A stretch of 64,000 nucleotides of DNA from Gammaproteobacteria bacterium (GTDB lineage: Bacteria > Pseudomonadota > Gammaproteobacteria > Eutrophobiales > Eutrophobiaceae). Shown in pieces: positions 35,617 through 45,728 of the stretch. A program made the translations under genes and the position numbers. Position 1 is the stretch's first letter, and the number at the start of each line of letters is the position of its first letter. The notes beneath the pieces are model-generated. The model was given only the letters and a program-made list of their open reading frames with translations. It searched no databases and was not told the origin of the DNA. Location: NCBI GenBank assembly GCA_963422205.2, contig CAXMWX010000005.1, positions 96,001-160,000 on the forward strand, written 5' to 3'.

Positions 35617-36294
35617 ATGAATATCACTGAGCTAAAAGGCTATTATGAAGGCTACCTGTATCACGCCTGCCAGGCGGCGAGGCATGTGATTAGCGCCGAG
35701 ATCATGGCGAGCTATTACCTGGATATTGCCGAGAAGATCGGGATGCTGAAAGCCAGGCTGGCAATATGCAATCCGAATCTGAATATCTGGCAAGCGGCTG
35801 GCTTAGGCCGGGATGAACTTAAGCATTGCTCGCTGCTGGCATGGCTGCTTGACCCGCACGGGGATCACTATCAGGGCGCTGCGTTCCTTGAACTATTCAT
35901 ACGGCAATGCATAAACAGCCAACTCGCACCCAAACCCGCCATTGATACTGGCGACCTGTCATGCACCAGGGTGCAGACGGAACATCCCATCGGCGATGGC
36001 CGGGTTGATGTTTTGATCCGAGGCAAGGGCGGCACATTCACCCTCGCCATTGAAGCAAAGATTGATGCGGGCGAGCAGGAAGAACAATTAAGTCGCTATC
36101 GGAAGTCCCTGCCAAAAGGTAGCGTTCTGGCATTTCTGACTGTTGATGACCGTGAGCCACATTCCGGGCAAGCCGACCTGTGCATCGCCTGGTCTGACAT
36201 CGCCACGGTCTGTAGACAGTTTATCCCCATTTGCCAAAACAACTTCCTTAACGAGTTAATCCGCCAATACGGCAACATGCTGCAATCACTATAA
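35617..36294 (+). CDS. PD-(D/E)XK nuclease family protein (PDDEXK_4-like)
   Basis: ELKHCSLLAWLLDP..H, TE, GRVDVLI, AIEAKI..EQ..QL.RY. Confidence 0.8.
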   Translation: MNITELKGYYEGYLYHACQAARHVISAEIMASYYLDIAEKIGMLKARLAICNPNLNIWQAAGLGRDELKHCSLLAWLLDPHGDHYQGAAFLELFIRQCINSQLAPKPAIDTGDLSCTRVQTEHPIGDGRVDVLIRGKGGTFTLAIEAKIDAGEQEEQLSRYRKSLPKGSVLAFLTVDDREPHSGQADLCIAWSDIATVCRQFIPICQNNFLNELIRQYGNMLQSL

Positions 36295-36313
36295 TGTAAG
36301 AGGAGACAGAACG

Positions 36314-36925
36314 ATGAACGAAGCAATCGAATACGCATTGGACAATGCGGAAAAAACCAGAGACATCCATGATGTGATCTTCGATATGAAAAAGGTGATA
36401 CTGGAGGGGCTTGATCGGGCGATCCGGGAAGCCGTACCCGGCTGGTATGATGATAAGTGGAAAGTCCATGATAAATATAATTTGCATGAACATCATTGGA
36501 TCGATATGCGCCCTAAAGAACTTATTGATAAAGCATTATGGATAGGTCTTGACATGGGATATGAAGACAAGAAAAATAAGGATCCAGTCTGGCAGTTGCT
36601 GGGCATGTCAAGTCGGCATGCTAAGGATGAACCTATCAAAGTTGAATGCCGTATCGGTGAAGAAGTTCTTAATGATGAATAGAATAATACAATATTTTGT
36701 GATCACATAAATAAAGCAGAACTGGAGAAAGCAGGATTCAGCATAAAAAGAAATCGCTACTACTTGATAATATCTATCAGTTTCGAACCGAACGCCATAC
36801 TGCAAGGACTGAAAGACAACGACTGGGAAGATGCATTGAAGCCGCTGAAAGCCGCCTGGGATCCACTGGTGGAACACATTGACTGGGATGCTGTAGCAGC
36901 CATGCTCAAGATTGAGGGCTGCTAA
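36314..36925 (+). pseudogene. Hypothetical protein interrupted by a single in-frame TAG at 36680-36682
   Basis: AGGAG RBS; same frame stays open for 80 more codons to TAA at 36923-36925. Confidence 0.6.
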
Positions 36926-36949
36926 AACGACAATGGCAAAGCGACAGTT

Positions 36950-37384
36950 CTACGGCGCTTCTGCTAAGCCCGCCCTCTGCTCGATAGCATCCAGCAAGCG
37001 GGCGCGCACCGGCTTGACATCCACCACCGGGGACTGCCGTAAGGTACTGACCTCGGCGGCGGTGTAAGGCGTAAAATCCGCCGGTAATTCGGCTTCGCTG
37101 AAATTCACCAACAACCAGTTCATCACATCGGCCAGTTCCTGATCTGTGACCGGCGCACCGGCCACCCCGGGAACCTGGACAATGAACTCCCGGCCACCTG
37201 GCACATGCAGAAAATTACCCACGAAGCCGTTCAGCTTCGGCACGGCACCTTGCGCGCCAGCACCATCGGCCAGGTGACAGCCCTGGCAGTTGAGCATGTA
37301 ATTCTGGCGTGCCAGCCGGGTGTTATACTCTGCTGCCATCGCCATGCTGCTGAGCAGGAGCAGAAAAAAAAACAGTCGGCGCAT
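36950..37384 (-). CDS. Class I cytochrome c, likely electron acceptor of the amine dehydrogenase
   Basis: Signal peptide, NYMLNCQGCH; directly after the TTQ light chain. Confidence 0.85.
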   Translation of the reverse strand: MRRLFFFLLLLSSMAMAAEYNTRLARQNYMLNCQGCHLADGAGAQGAVPKLNGFVGNFLHVPGGREFIVQVPGVAGAPVTDQELADVMNWLLVNFSEAELPADFTPYTAAEVSTLRQSPVVDVKPVRARLLDAIEQRAGLAEAP

Positions 37385-37391
37385 AGGCTGA

Positions 37392-37916
37392 TTACTTAAC
37401 CGCCACACCCAGGATGATATTGACCGTGCAGTGATAGGCCGCGCTCTTGGTGCCCAGACACCAGTTGTAATCATTTGAGGTATGCGGGCGATAGGTCGGG
37501 CGGTCGGCCTCGTTACGATTACAAAAACAATTACCGCAGGATTCCTTGGCGCAGCAATCGTTATAAGAGATGATGTAATCCTTGCCATCACCGGGGTTGG
37601 TGCAGGTGCCTATCCAGGTAATCGGCGACATCTCCGTGCCAGGCGGACAGCTTGTCACCGAGCCACCACAGCAGGAGCAGAGAAAACCATCAACGGCGCA
37701 GTTGCGCCAATACTCACAGGTGGCTGGATCACCCGGATCCTCACCCTCGGCGGGCAGGGTCAGCGGCGGGCTATCGGCGGCACGGGCTACGGGCAGCAGC
37801 GGCAGCAGCGAGCCGCCCACGATCAGCCGGCCCAGGTTGCCGAGAAACCCCCGGCGGGATGAGGTTTTCGCCACATCACGGGAGATGCGCTCAGTGAATG
37901 TATCCAACCATTTCAT
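37392..37916 (-). CDS. TTQ-type amine dehydrogenase light chain (MauA/AauA-like)
   Basis: Tat motif SRRGFL, Cys-rich core CEYWRNCAVDGFLCSCCGG, TTQ tryptophans in SPITW and DYNWC, YHCT. Confidence 0.93.
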   Translation of the reverse strand: MKWLDTFTERISRDVAKTSSRRGFLGNLGRLIVGGSLLPLLPVARAADSPPLTLPAEGEDPGDPATCEYWRNCAVDGFLCSCCGGSVTSCPPGTEMSPITWIGTCTNPGDGKDYIISYNDCCAKESCGNCFCNRNEADRPTYRPHTSNDYNWCLGTKSAAYHCTVNIILGVAVK

Positions 37917-37937
37917 TATGCTTCTTTTCCTGATAGC

Positions 37938-39089
37938 TTACGGTGAGGCGTACACCAGCAAGGGGCCGGCACGATAAAAGTCATCAAGCGTACGTATTTG
38001 GCTGCCGGTAATCGCATCATAAATCTCCAGCCCCATTTCAATGTTGGTGGCAATGATCTTGGGCTTATCGCCCCGGGTAATATCAAAAGCGATGGCGGGT
38101 GATTGCAGCACGATCCGGCTGATGCGTTTTTTATCTTGCACCTCATAGACCCAGATTTCACTGCCAGGTTCTTTATGGCTGCCTTCATACCCATCCTTGT
38201 GCATCAACACATAGATAGCCTCATTTGCAGTGGCCGCCGGCCAGGCACCGCCGGGACGCCAGTTGGCCTGTTGATCACCGCCCGTGACCAGCGGCCATTT
38301 ATCACCCGGCACAGCCACGGCAGCGGATAAATCAAGCTCCTGTATATTGCCGGTAAACGTGGGAAAATAGGCTATGTTGTTCATGATGGCCGGCTTTTCA
38401 AACAAGGCATCGGCATCAACGTTGAAAAATTTTGCTACCCGTTCAGAGCCTGTTACCTGGCCCTGGCTGTCCAGCTGGTAGGACACCATAGAGCCATCAC
38501 TGCACAGCGAACTAAAGCCGCGCCGGCCGGTGGGGTAAATACCGGCACAGGTGGGCAGCGGTATCGTGTTGACGATTTTTCTTTTGTCTGTATCCATCAC
38601 GCCAATCGCCGTGGCCGGGGAGAATTTGTAAAACAGCAGGAAACGATCATCAGCGATTAGGCGCATGGTGTATTTACTGGGCAGCATCTCCGCCCGTTTG
38701 CCATCTGTTATTATCACCTCATCGATCGGGCTCAACGTGCGTTTATCATAAATCGTGATGACATCGGTGCGCTCGCCACGATGACCGCGGGAATAGAAAT
38801 TCTCGCCCACATAGAACTCCGGCTTGCTGTGTGCGCTGGCAAAAAAACTGATATAAGAGGAGTTCACCATGCCTTTGTAGAAATCCTTCGCCGTCTCGCC
38901 TGCGATGTCCATGAGGATATACTTGCCGGAACTCATGTGCATAAAAGACACATCATGCACAAACACCCAGCTATCAGGATACTCGGCGGGCAGGGTTTCA
39001 ACTGCTCCCAGTTTATCCTGGGGCAACTCTGCCAGCACAGCAACGCCGGGTATTCCCAAAACAAACACGAGTAATATTTTTTTCAACAT
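37938..39089 (-). CDS. TTQ-type amine dehydrogenase heavy chain (MauB/AauB-like beta-propeller)
   Basis: Signal peptide, YSRGHRGERTDVITIYD, FSPAT, WRPGG, HK.PG.EIWV. Confidence 0.9.
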   Translation of the reverse strand: MLKKILLVFVLGIPGVAVLAELPQDKLGAVETLPAEYPDSWVFVHDVSFMHMSSGKYILMDIAGETAKDFYKGMVNSSYISFFASAHSKPEFYVGENFYSRGHRGERTDVITIYDKRTLSPIDEVIITDGKRAEMLPSKYTMRLIADDRFLLFYKFSPATAIGVMDTDKRKIVNTIPLPTCAGIYPTGRRGFSSLCSDGSMVSYQLDSQGQVTGSERVAKFFNVDADALFEKPAIMNNIAYFPTFTGNIQELDLSAAVAVPGDKWPLVTGGDQQANWRPGGAWPAATANEAIYVLMHKDGYEGSHKEPGSEIWVYEVQDKKRISRIVLQSPAIAFDITRGDKPKIIATNIEMGLEIYDAITGSQIRTLDDFYRAGPLLVYASP

Positions 39090-39241
39090 GGCCTATCCTG
39101 TCTCTGATTCACCTGATAAAAATACCTGCTGCCTTAAAGCCCTAAGAATGTTCAACACCTGCCTGGCATTTTATACCGAAACCAGATCAAAAGTCCCATA
39201 GAATTATGTGCTTTAGCATTTAAGTCACCTGGCATGACAGA

Positions 39242-40957
39242 CTAGCGCGCTATCCGCCCATGAACAAGCTCGCCTTCAAAAAAAGTCAAGTCAACTTTTG
39301 TATCGGCTATCTCATCAACCGCTATGCGGAACAGGTTTTTTTGCAACACAATCATATTTGCCTCTTTGCCAACCTCAATCGAACCAAGCCGCCCGTCAAG
39401 GCGCATTGCACGCGCCCCGTTTAAAGTAAATATTTTCAGCGCCTGTTCCAGGGTCACCGCCTGTTCATGCCAAAGACTGCCCGGCACTTTTTCGTAAGGA
39501 TCATGACGGGTCACCATCGCCTCAATACCCACCCAGGGATTGGCACTGGGCACAGCAGCAGGCCAGTCTGAACCGGCGATGATGATCGCCCGCTCACGCA
39601 ACAAGTCTTTTGTCGGCCAGTAATGCGCGCCCCGCTCGCCGACTGCGATCATAATCGCGTTGATGATCGATGAGGGATGCCACAGATAGGGAGAGAAATC
39701 AGGTGCTGCATTCAATGCGGCAAACCTCGGCAGATCGGCAGGGCTGATATAACCGGCGTGCGCCAGTTCAAACATCAGCCCGCTGTTACCATTGCTGCGA
39801 CGCACCCGCTCAATGGCATTTAATGTGGTATGCACCGAGCCATCGCCAGCGGTATGTATCTTGACGGTAAACCCGGCCTTGTCCAGGGTCTGCAAGTCTG
39901 TTGTCAGCATATCCTCTGTCAAGTGCATACTGCCAGTGTAATCAGCACCATGTTTATCGTCAGGCAGGTAAGGGGTTAGCATCTTTGCCGTGCGGGAAGG
40001 CGTAGGTACGCCATCCATGAAGATTTTGATAAACGCCGTATGCACATGAGGTGATTGATACTGCGCCCGTTTCTGTGTGTAAGCATCGACATCCAGCGGG
40101 ACAGCCCTTGCTCCATAAGGTGTCTCCAGGCTGGTTGCGATATTTAATTTTAGTTTTCCATCACGTTCAAGTTCATGATAAGCCTGCAAGGCGATATCCG
40201 GTGTTCTTGCTTCTTTTATGCCAGTGATGCCATAGGCCAGTAACATGTCCTGCACATATAAAATCGCCTTCGTTGCTTTTGCTTTTGTCGGCACCGGTAA
40301 ACGTCGATCAATATTAATGGCCGCTGTTTCCAGTAAAATACCGTTTGGCACCTGCGTTCCTTCCTCACGTACAATAGTGCCGCCTTCAGGATCGACCGAT
40401 TCGGCATTGATGGAGAAATGCTCGAGTGCTTTGGTATTTAACCAGGCATTGTGACTGGCATCATCTTTAAGGTAGATATATTTATTCGCCGAGACTTCAT
40501 CCAGGAATTGGCGCGGCGACTCTATAGGATTATCTTCAAAGAAACTGCTACCCCACTGACCGCCAATGATCCAGTCACCCTGATCTGGATCAGCCACACA
40601 TGCCGCTATTTTTTCCTTGATTTCAGCAGGCCCTGCGGTAAATGAAAAATTACATTCATACAGGTCTTTCACTCCCCCCATAAAGGGATGTATGTGAGCA
40701 TCATTTATCCCTGGCATAAGCATGCGACCATCAAGATCGATCAGCCTCGTATCAGCACCAGCCATCTTTAAGATGGCCTTATCATCGCCCACTGCGGATA
40801 TTTTATTTTTCGTAACAGCGACTGCCTCGGCCCATTTTTGACTGTCATTGACAGTATATATGGCACCGTTATGCAGGATAATATCCGGTGCTTCAACAGC
40901 CCTGGCAGTTGCTGTGAAAATCAACAAAGCAATGATTAAGTTATATCTGGATAGCAT
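39242..40957 (-). CDS. Secreted metal-dependent amidohydrolase (Amidohydro_3, YtcJ/NfdA-like)
   Basis: Signal peptide, PGINDAHIH, KIFMDG, IHTAGD, LAHA, GSDWP, GSIEVGK. Confidence 0.88.
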   Translation of the reverse strand: MLSRYNLIIALLIFTATARAVEAPDIILHNGAIYTVNDSQKWAEAVAVTKNKISAVGDDKAILKMAGADTRLIDLDGRMLMPGINDAHIHPFMGGVKDLYECNFSFTAGPAEIKEKIAACVADPDQGDWIIGGQWGSSFFEDNPIESPRQFLDEVSANKYIYLKDDASHNAWLNTKALEHFSINAESVDPEGGTIVREEGTQVPNGILLETAAINIDRRLPVPTKAKATKAILYVQDMLLAYGITGIKEARTPDIALQAYHELERDGKLKLNIATSLETPYGARAVPLDVDAYTQKRAQYQSPHVHTAFIKIFMDGVPTPSRTAKMLTPYLPDDKHGADYTGSMHLTEDMLTTDLQTLDKAGFTVKIHTAGDGSVHTTLNAIERVRRSNGNSGLMFELAHAGYISPADLPRFAALNAAPDFSPYLWHPSSIINAIMIAVGERGAHYWPTKDLLRERAIIIAGSDWPAAVPSANPWVGIEAMVTRHDPYEKVPGSLWHEQAVTLEQALKIFTLNGARAMRLDGRLGSIEVGKEANMIVLQKNLFRIAVDEIADTKVDLTFFEGELVHGRIAR

Positions 40958-42399
40958 TGATTATCACTCCTTATATCCTGTTCGATTGGGTATAAATCAC
41001 AAAAACGGGTGGCTTCCTGGAACGCATAGGCCAGTTGTAAAACGCCTAATTCATCCCGAGGTTTGCCAACAATCTGTAGACCGACGGGTAACCCGTTACG
41101 GCTAAATCCGGCAGGAACCGAAACAGCCGGCAAGCCAGGCACACTAATATAATAACAGGCACGCATCCAATCAATATACGTTGTCATCTCTATATTATTT
41201 ATTTTTACAGGGTACTCAAGATCGATACTGAATGGTTCTACTTGGGTAACAGGCAGCAGCAGATAATCGTATTCCTGCATGAATTCCACCACCTGTAAAT
41301 ATAACCGCGTGCGTTTTCTATGGGCGCTCGCCAAGTCTTCAGCGCTGAGTTTCTGCCCCTGCAAAATCTCATCCTGCAAAACCGGCTTCATCAGGTTTTG
41401 TTTATCAGCGAACAGTCTGCCCAGCGTTGCCGCATACGAATAAGATCGCAATGTCTTGAATATCACATCGGCATCAGAGAAATCCGGTATCGCCAATTCG
41501 ACCGGCATGCCCATGAGAGAGAAATATTTGATACTCTCTTCCAGGACTGCAATGATTTCCGATTGCACCGGGATTTGCTTGCCAAAATCCGGACTGAACG
41601 CTATCTTCCTGCCAGAGAAATCTGTCTCAAGGCTTTGCTTAAAAACCGAACCAAGGGCATCAATCGCAATCGGACTTCGGCTATCCGGGCCGGCGATCAC
41701 ACTAAGAAATAGAGCAACATCTTCCACGGTTCGAGCCATCGGCCCTTCCACACCCAGTGTGAACCAACCGAGTTCATTCGGCCAACCAGGTATGCGGCCC
41801 GGTGCAGGACGCAGGCCAACCACATTACAAAAACTGGCCGGGTTTCGCAGCGAACCGCCCATGTCGCTGCCATCGGCCAAACTCACCATGCCCGCCGCCA
41901 GGGCCGCCGCCGCACCGCCGCTACTGCCGCCCGCGGTCAATGCCATGTTATACGGGTTTAATGTCGTACCAAAAATTTTATTAAAGGTATGCGAGCCGGC
42001 GCCAAATTCCGGCGTGTTGGTCTTACCGATACTGATAGCACCCGCCGCTCGCATCCGCTGCACCAGCAGAGAGTCAGTATCAGGTATGTTATCTTGATAA
42101 ATCAGCGAACCAAACGTTGTTCGCATACCCCTGGTCAAGGCCATATCCTTATGTGCAACGGGCAGACCAAATAAAGCCGGCAGGTCTGTGTCCTTCTGCC
42201 GCAGTGCATCCATTTTATGTGCCTGTGCCAGAGACTGTTCCGCATCCAGCGTCACGATGGCATTAATCTTAGGGTTACAGGCGTCAATTCTGGCCAAGCT
42301 TGCCTGCATCAATTCCACGCAACTCAATTCACCTGCCCGCAGTAAGGCGACCAACTCCGTTGCCGTTTTGTAGTGTAGCTCGGTTGCCTCAGTCAGCAT
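40936..42399 (-). CDS. Amidase signature family enzyme
   Basis: AHKD, GKTNTPEFG, GGSSGGAA, GSDMGGSLRNPA. Confidence 0.92.
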   Translation of the reverse strand: MLTEATELHYKTATELVALLRAGELSCVELMQASLARIDACNPKINAIVTLDAEQSLAQAHKMDALRQKDTDLPALFGLPVAHKDMALTRGMRTTFGSLIYQDNIPDTDSLLVQRMRAAGAISIGKTNTPEFGAGSHTFNKIFGTTLNPYNMALTAGGSSGGAAAALAAGMVSLADGSDMGGSLRNPASFCNVVGLRPAPGRIPGWPNELGWFTLGVEGPMARTVEDVALFLSVIAGPDSRSPIAIDALGSVFKQSLETDFSGRKIAFSPDFGKQIPVQSEIIAVLEESIKYFSLMGMPVELAIPDFSDADVIFKTLRSYSYAATLGRLFADKQNLMKPVLQDEILQGQKLSAEDLASAHRKRTRLYLQVVEFMQEYDYLLLPVTQVEPFSIDLEYPVKINNIEMTTYIDWMRACYYISVPGLPAVSVPAGFSRNGLPVGLQIVGKPRDELGVLQLAYAFQEATRFCDLYPIEQDIRSDNQCYPDIT

Positions 42400-42471
42400 G
42401 GTAACAGGGGGCTCGGCATAACGAGAGACAAGATACTGAAATGCTTGTCATGCGGATGGTATGTCAAATAT

Positions 42472-44889
42472 CTAAAAACGGTAATCAACGCTGATACCGT
42501 ATGTCCTCGGCATACCGTTGGTACGGACGAAGGTGAAGTTGCCCCCGTCGAATGCGCTCAAAAAATAATCCCGATTAAAGATATTCCTCGCCCACAGAGT
42601 CGCACGCCATTTATCATTCGTGGTGCTGGTTAGCGATAAACGTGCGTTAGCCAGCAGATAAGAATGCTTGGCGGCCTCGCCAGCGAGCACACCGCCGCTG
42701 GTCTCATCGCGAAAGATGGCATCAAACGAAGGCGTCAACACATACTGGTTGGCAATCATGACATCGTATGTCGACCCCAGATTGACCGACCACCTGGGCG
42801 CATTGTCCAACTCAACACCAGCGGCATCAAATAATACCGTGTTGGGGAAGCTGCTTTGCTGACTATCAACGGCCAGGTACTCCTCGATTTCCGTATTCAG
42901 ATAGACCATGCTTGCATTTACGTTCCAGTTCTCCGTTAGCCGAGTATTCACCTCGGTTTCCAGACCAAGGATTTCCGACTCCGGTATGTTGGTCAAGCCT
43001 GAGATATTGCCCACCGGGGTCACGGCATCGTTGCGCTCCTGTTTGTCTTTATAATCATAATAAAAAACCGACGTATTCCACTGCACCCGGCCATCAGCCA
43101 GTGTCGCCTTAAAACCGATCTCATAAGCGATCAGCTTTTCAGGCGTGTAGGGTAATAACTGGCTATGAGTGTTGGAGTTGGCACCATTGAAACCGCCCGA
43201 CTTAAACCCCCTGGAAATATTGGCAAACAGCAGAATATCATCAGCCGGTGAGTAATCAACGCCAAACTTCCACATCCACTCACTCGCCGATATTTTCCTT
43301 GCAAAGGGCGCATACTGTCCGACCATCGGGGTGCCGGGGATATCATTGAAGGTACCGCAGCCATTGGGCGCTAACGGATTAACCGCAGGCAGGCCGTTGG
43401 GAAAATTAAACCCATCGTTTAATAAACCGTTGGCCGTTATCCTGCCCGGCCCGTTGATAACCGTATTCAGAAAGACGTGCAGCGGTGCGCCGCTAAGGCC
43501 GGCAATATCCGTTGGCGTTGCATCATTGGTGCAACCGCTCCACTGCCTGTCTTCGCTGGTGTAACGGGCGCCCGCTGTCACGCCCCACTTATCGGTCACA
43601 TCCCATTCGACATGGGCGAACACGGCAATGGATTGCACATCCTGTTCATAGTTAGTATCAAGCTGATTGATACCGAAACGGCCTTCGCCAAAGAAATAAT
43701 TATAATCCTCAGCCAGATCATCCTCTGAATAATAAAGCCCGGCCAGCCACTCGATATCCTCACCCACGGTGGATGATACCCGCAACTCCTGCGAGAAGAC
43801 GTCAATATCGGTCACATTAATATTGCTGGAATCAAGCAAGGCGATCCCATCCCAGTCATTCGCCTCAGTACGATCAAAGTTATCATAGCTGGTGATGGAG
43901 ACGAACTCAAAATCACGATAATTCCAGGCCAGCCTGGCAGAGAGACCCAGCAACTGGTTATCACGTTTCGGCCTTAGCACATTACCCGCCCCGTTAGTCC
44001 AGTCAGCCGCTGTGTTGTCATTGGTCATATAGGTGACAAAGCGCTCCAACTGTCCCATGTTATTGGCCGTTGCACGCCTTGTCGGAAAAGGCTGGCCTAT
44101 GGTCGTGCCATTGACCGGTGTATTGGCAATACCATCTGAACGATCATCATTGTAGCGCACATAAAAATGTGCCGTGAGATCCGAGGTCACATCCCACGCT
44201 AACTGACCACGAACGGCATAGGCGTCCCTCATCCCCAGCTTATCCCCGGGTCTGGTCAGGCTTTCCTGCCAGCCTTCCCAGGCCCGTACCGTCTTGAATG
44301 CGGCCCGGGCACGCACCGCATCAGACAGGGGGCCACTGACGTAGCCCTCTGCATCCAGAGTTTCGTAATTGCCATAGCTTAATGACACACCTGCCTCGAG
44401 TTCATCGGTGGGTTTTCTGCTGATGAAGTGAACCTGCCCGGCGGTCGTATTGCGCCCGTATAAATCACCTTGCGGCCCCTTCAAAATCTCAACCCGCTCA
44501 ACATCAAAATACTGCCCGCTCGCCATCACCGGATAGGGCAAAGACACCTCATCAACATAAATCCCAACCGTTGAGGAGGCAGAAGTTGAATAGTCGTTAA
44601 AACCCACGCCACGGATAGACCAGGATGAGGTGCCCGTGCCAGCCGTCTGGTTGACCACCAGGCCGGGGACGATACTTGACAAGTCCTCCGCTGATCTGAT
44701 GCCATAGCTGGCGATGGATTCTGATGAGAAAGCCGATATCGCCAGTGGCACATCATTGATGCCCTGCTCCCTCTTCTGGGCGGTCACGATGACCTCTTCA
44801 AGCATGACGGGCCCCGAAACCTGCGCCAGGCTGTCGGCACTTAATGTGATTAACATAATAAAAACGTTGGCTAAATTAACAATCCTCAT
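42472..44889 (-). CDS. TonB-dependent receptor
   Basis: Signal peptide, LEEVIVTAQKRE, RVEILKGPQGDLYGRN, C-terminal PRTYGISVDYRF. Confidence 0.95.
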   Translation of the reverse strand: MRIVNLANVFIMLITLSADSLAQVSGPVMLEEVIVTAQKREQGINDVPLAISAFSSESIASYGIRSAEDLSSIVPGLVVNQTAGTGTSSWSIRGVGFNDYSTSASSTVGIYVDEVSLPYPVMASGQYFDVERVEILKGPQGDLYGRNTTAGQVHFISRKPTDELEAGVSLSYGNYETLDAEGYVSGPLSDAVRARAAFKTVRAWEGWQESLTRPGDKLGMRDAYAVRGQLAWDVTSDLTAHFYVRYNDDRSDGIANTPVNGTTIGQPFPTRRATANNMGQLERFVTYMTNDNTAADWTNGAGNVLRPKRDNQLLGLSARLAWNYRDFEFVSITSYDNFDRTEANDWDGIALLDSSNINVTDIDVFSQELRVSSTVGEDIEWLAGLYYSEDDLAEDYNYFFGEGRFGINQLDTNYEQDVQSIAVFAHVEWDVTDKWGVTAGARYTSEDRQWSGCTNDATPTDIAGLSGAPLHVFLNTVINGPGRITANGLLNDGFNFPNGLPAVNPLAPNGCGTFNDIPGTPMVGQYAPFARKISASEWMWKFGVDYSPADDILLFANISRGFKSGGFNGANSNTHSQLLPYTPEKLIAYEIGFKATLADGRVQWNTSVFYYDYKDKQERNDAVTPVGNISGLTNIPESEILGLETEVNTRLTENWNVNASMVYLNTEIEEYLAVDSQQSSFPNTVLFDAAGVELDNAPRWSVNLGSTYDVMIANQYVLTPSFDAIFRDETSGGVLAGEAAKHSYLLANARLSLTSTTNDKWRATLWARNIFNRDYFLSAFDGGNFTFVRTNGMPRTYGISVDYRF

Positions 44890-44977
44890 CAGTCTCCCCT
44901 CGGATACACGTCAAGTCACTGCTGTTCAGGATATTTATCTGTATAATCTTTCACGGCAATCGTACAGATTCAGGGTT

Positions 44978-45030
44978 TGTATTATACATATACTGCCTGT
45001 TATGTATACTAAAATAACTATATTGTATAC
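44978..45030. promoter_or_regulatory. Divergent promoter with TGTATTATACA near-palindrome and two TGTATAC repeats (putative GntR operators)
   Basis: Motifs at 44978-44988, 45003-45009 and 45024-45030 between the TonB receptor and gntR. Confidence 0.5.
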
Positions 45031-45076
45031 GAAAAGTCATAAATATGAATAATATTAGTTGGTTAGGTCTACATAA

Positions 45077-45721
45077 ATGCTGCAATCAGCCCGCCTGAAG
45101 GCGATTCTGGAGCGTGAAATCGTGACTGGTGAGATCAAGCCGGGGCAGCGTCTGGATGAGACAGAGCTGGCGAATCGTTACGGTGTTTCACGTACCCCGG
45201 TGCGAGAAGCCCTGATGATCCTGGAAAGTATTAACTTAGTTGAGCGACGCCCACGGCAGGGCGCCATCGTCAAAGGCGTGACCTTGTCTCGCCTGGTGCA
45301 GTTGATGGAGGCATTACGTGAGCTTGAAGTCATCTGTGGTCGGCTAACAACGCAACGTGCCGGGCCGAAGGAAATCGCCGCCCTGGAGATGGGATTTAAG
45401 GAATATAAACACGCCTTGCAGACCAACGACAGGGATCTGGTTTATGATAAGGTGATTCAATTTCATCGCACCTTGTTCACGACTTCCGGGAATGATGAGC
45501 TGGCGGAAATCACCGAGCAGATTGCCGAGCGGATGGAGCCATTTTTACGCGCACAACACCACAGTGAAAACTTGAATGATGCAGAGTTTTGCGAAGCACA
45601 TGAAAAAATCATGGCGGCAATAAAAGCAGGCGCCGAGGAAGAAACCGCCAGACTGCTGCGTCAGATCGTGCAGATAGATACCGAAATACTGACCGATTTT
45701 ACTGCATCACAAAAAAACTAA
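45077..45721 (+). CDS. GntR family (FCD domain) transcriptional regulator
   Basis: PGQRLDE.ELA.RYGVSRTPVREAL, FH..L..SGN. Confidence 0.92.
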   Translation: MLQSARLKAILEREIVTGEIKPGQRLDETELANRYGVSRTPVREALMILESINLVERRPRQGAIVKGVTLSRLVQLMEALRELEVICGRLTTQRAGPKEIAALEMGFKEYKHALQTNDRDLVYDKVIQFHRTLFTTSGNDELAEITEQIAERMEPFLRAQHHSENLNDAEFCEAHEKIMAAIKAGAEEETARLLRQIVQIDTEILTDFTASQKN

Positions 45722-45728
45722 ACCAACC

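Noticed and set aside
32392-36925. Autonomous mobile element or prophage
   Set aside because: No integrase, transposase, terminal inverted repeats or phage structural genes seen.
37392-39089. Methylotrophy (methylamine dehydrogenase) call
   Set aside because: No amicyanin, mauG or C1 genes in the window; substrate cannot be assigned and the context points to aromatic amines.
40936-42399. Second gatA copy
   Set aside because: Has the amidase signature but lacks the GatA-specific SRYDG motif and lies in a catabolic context.
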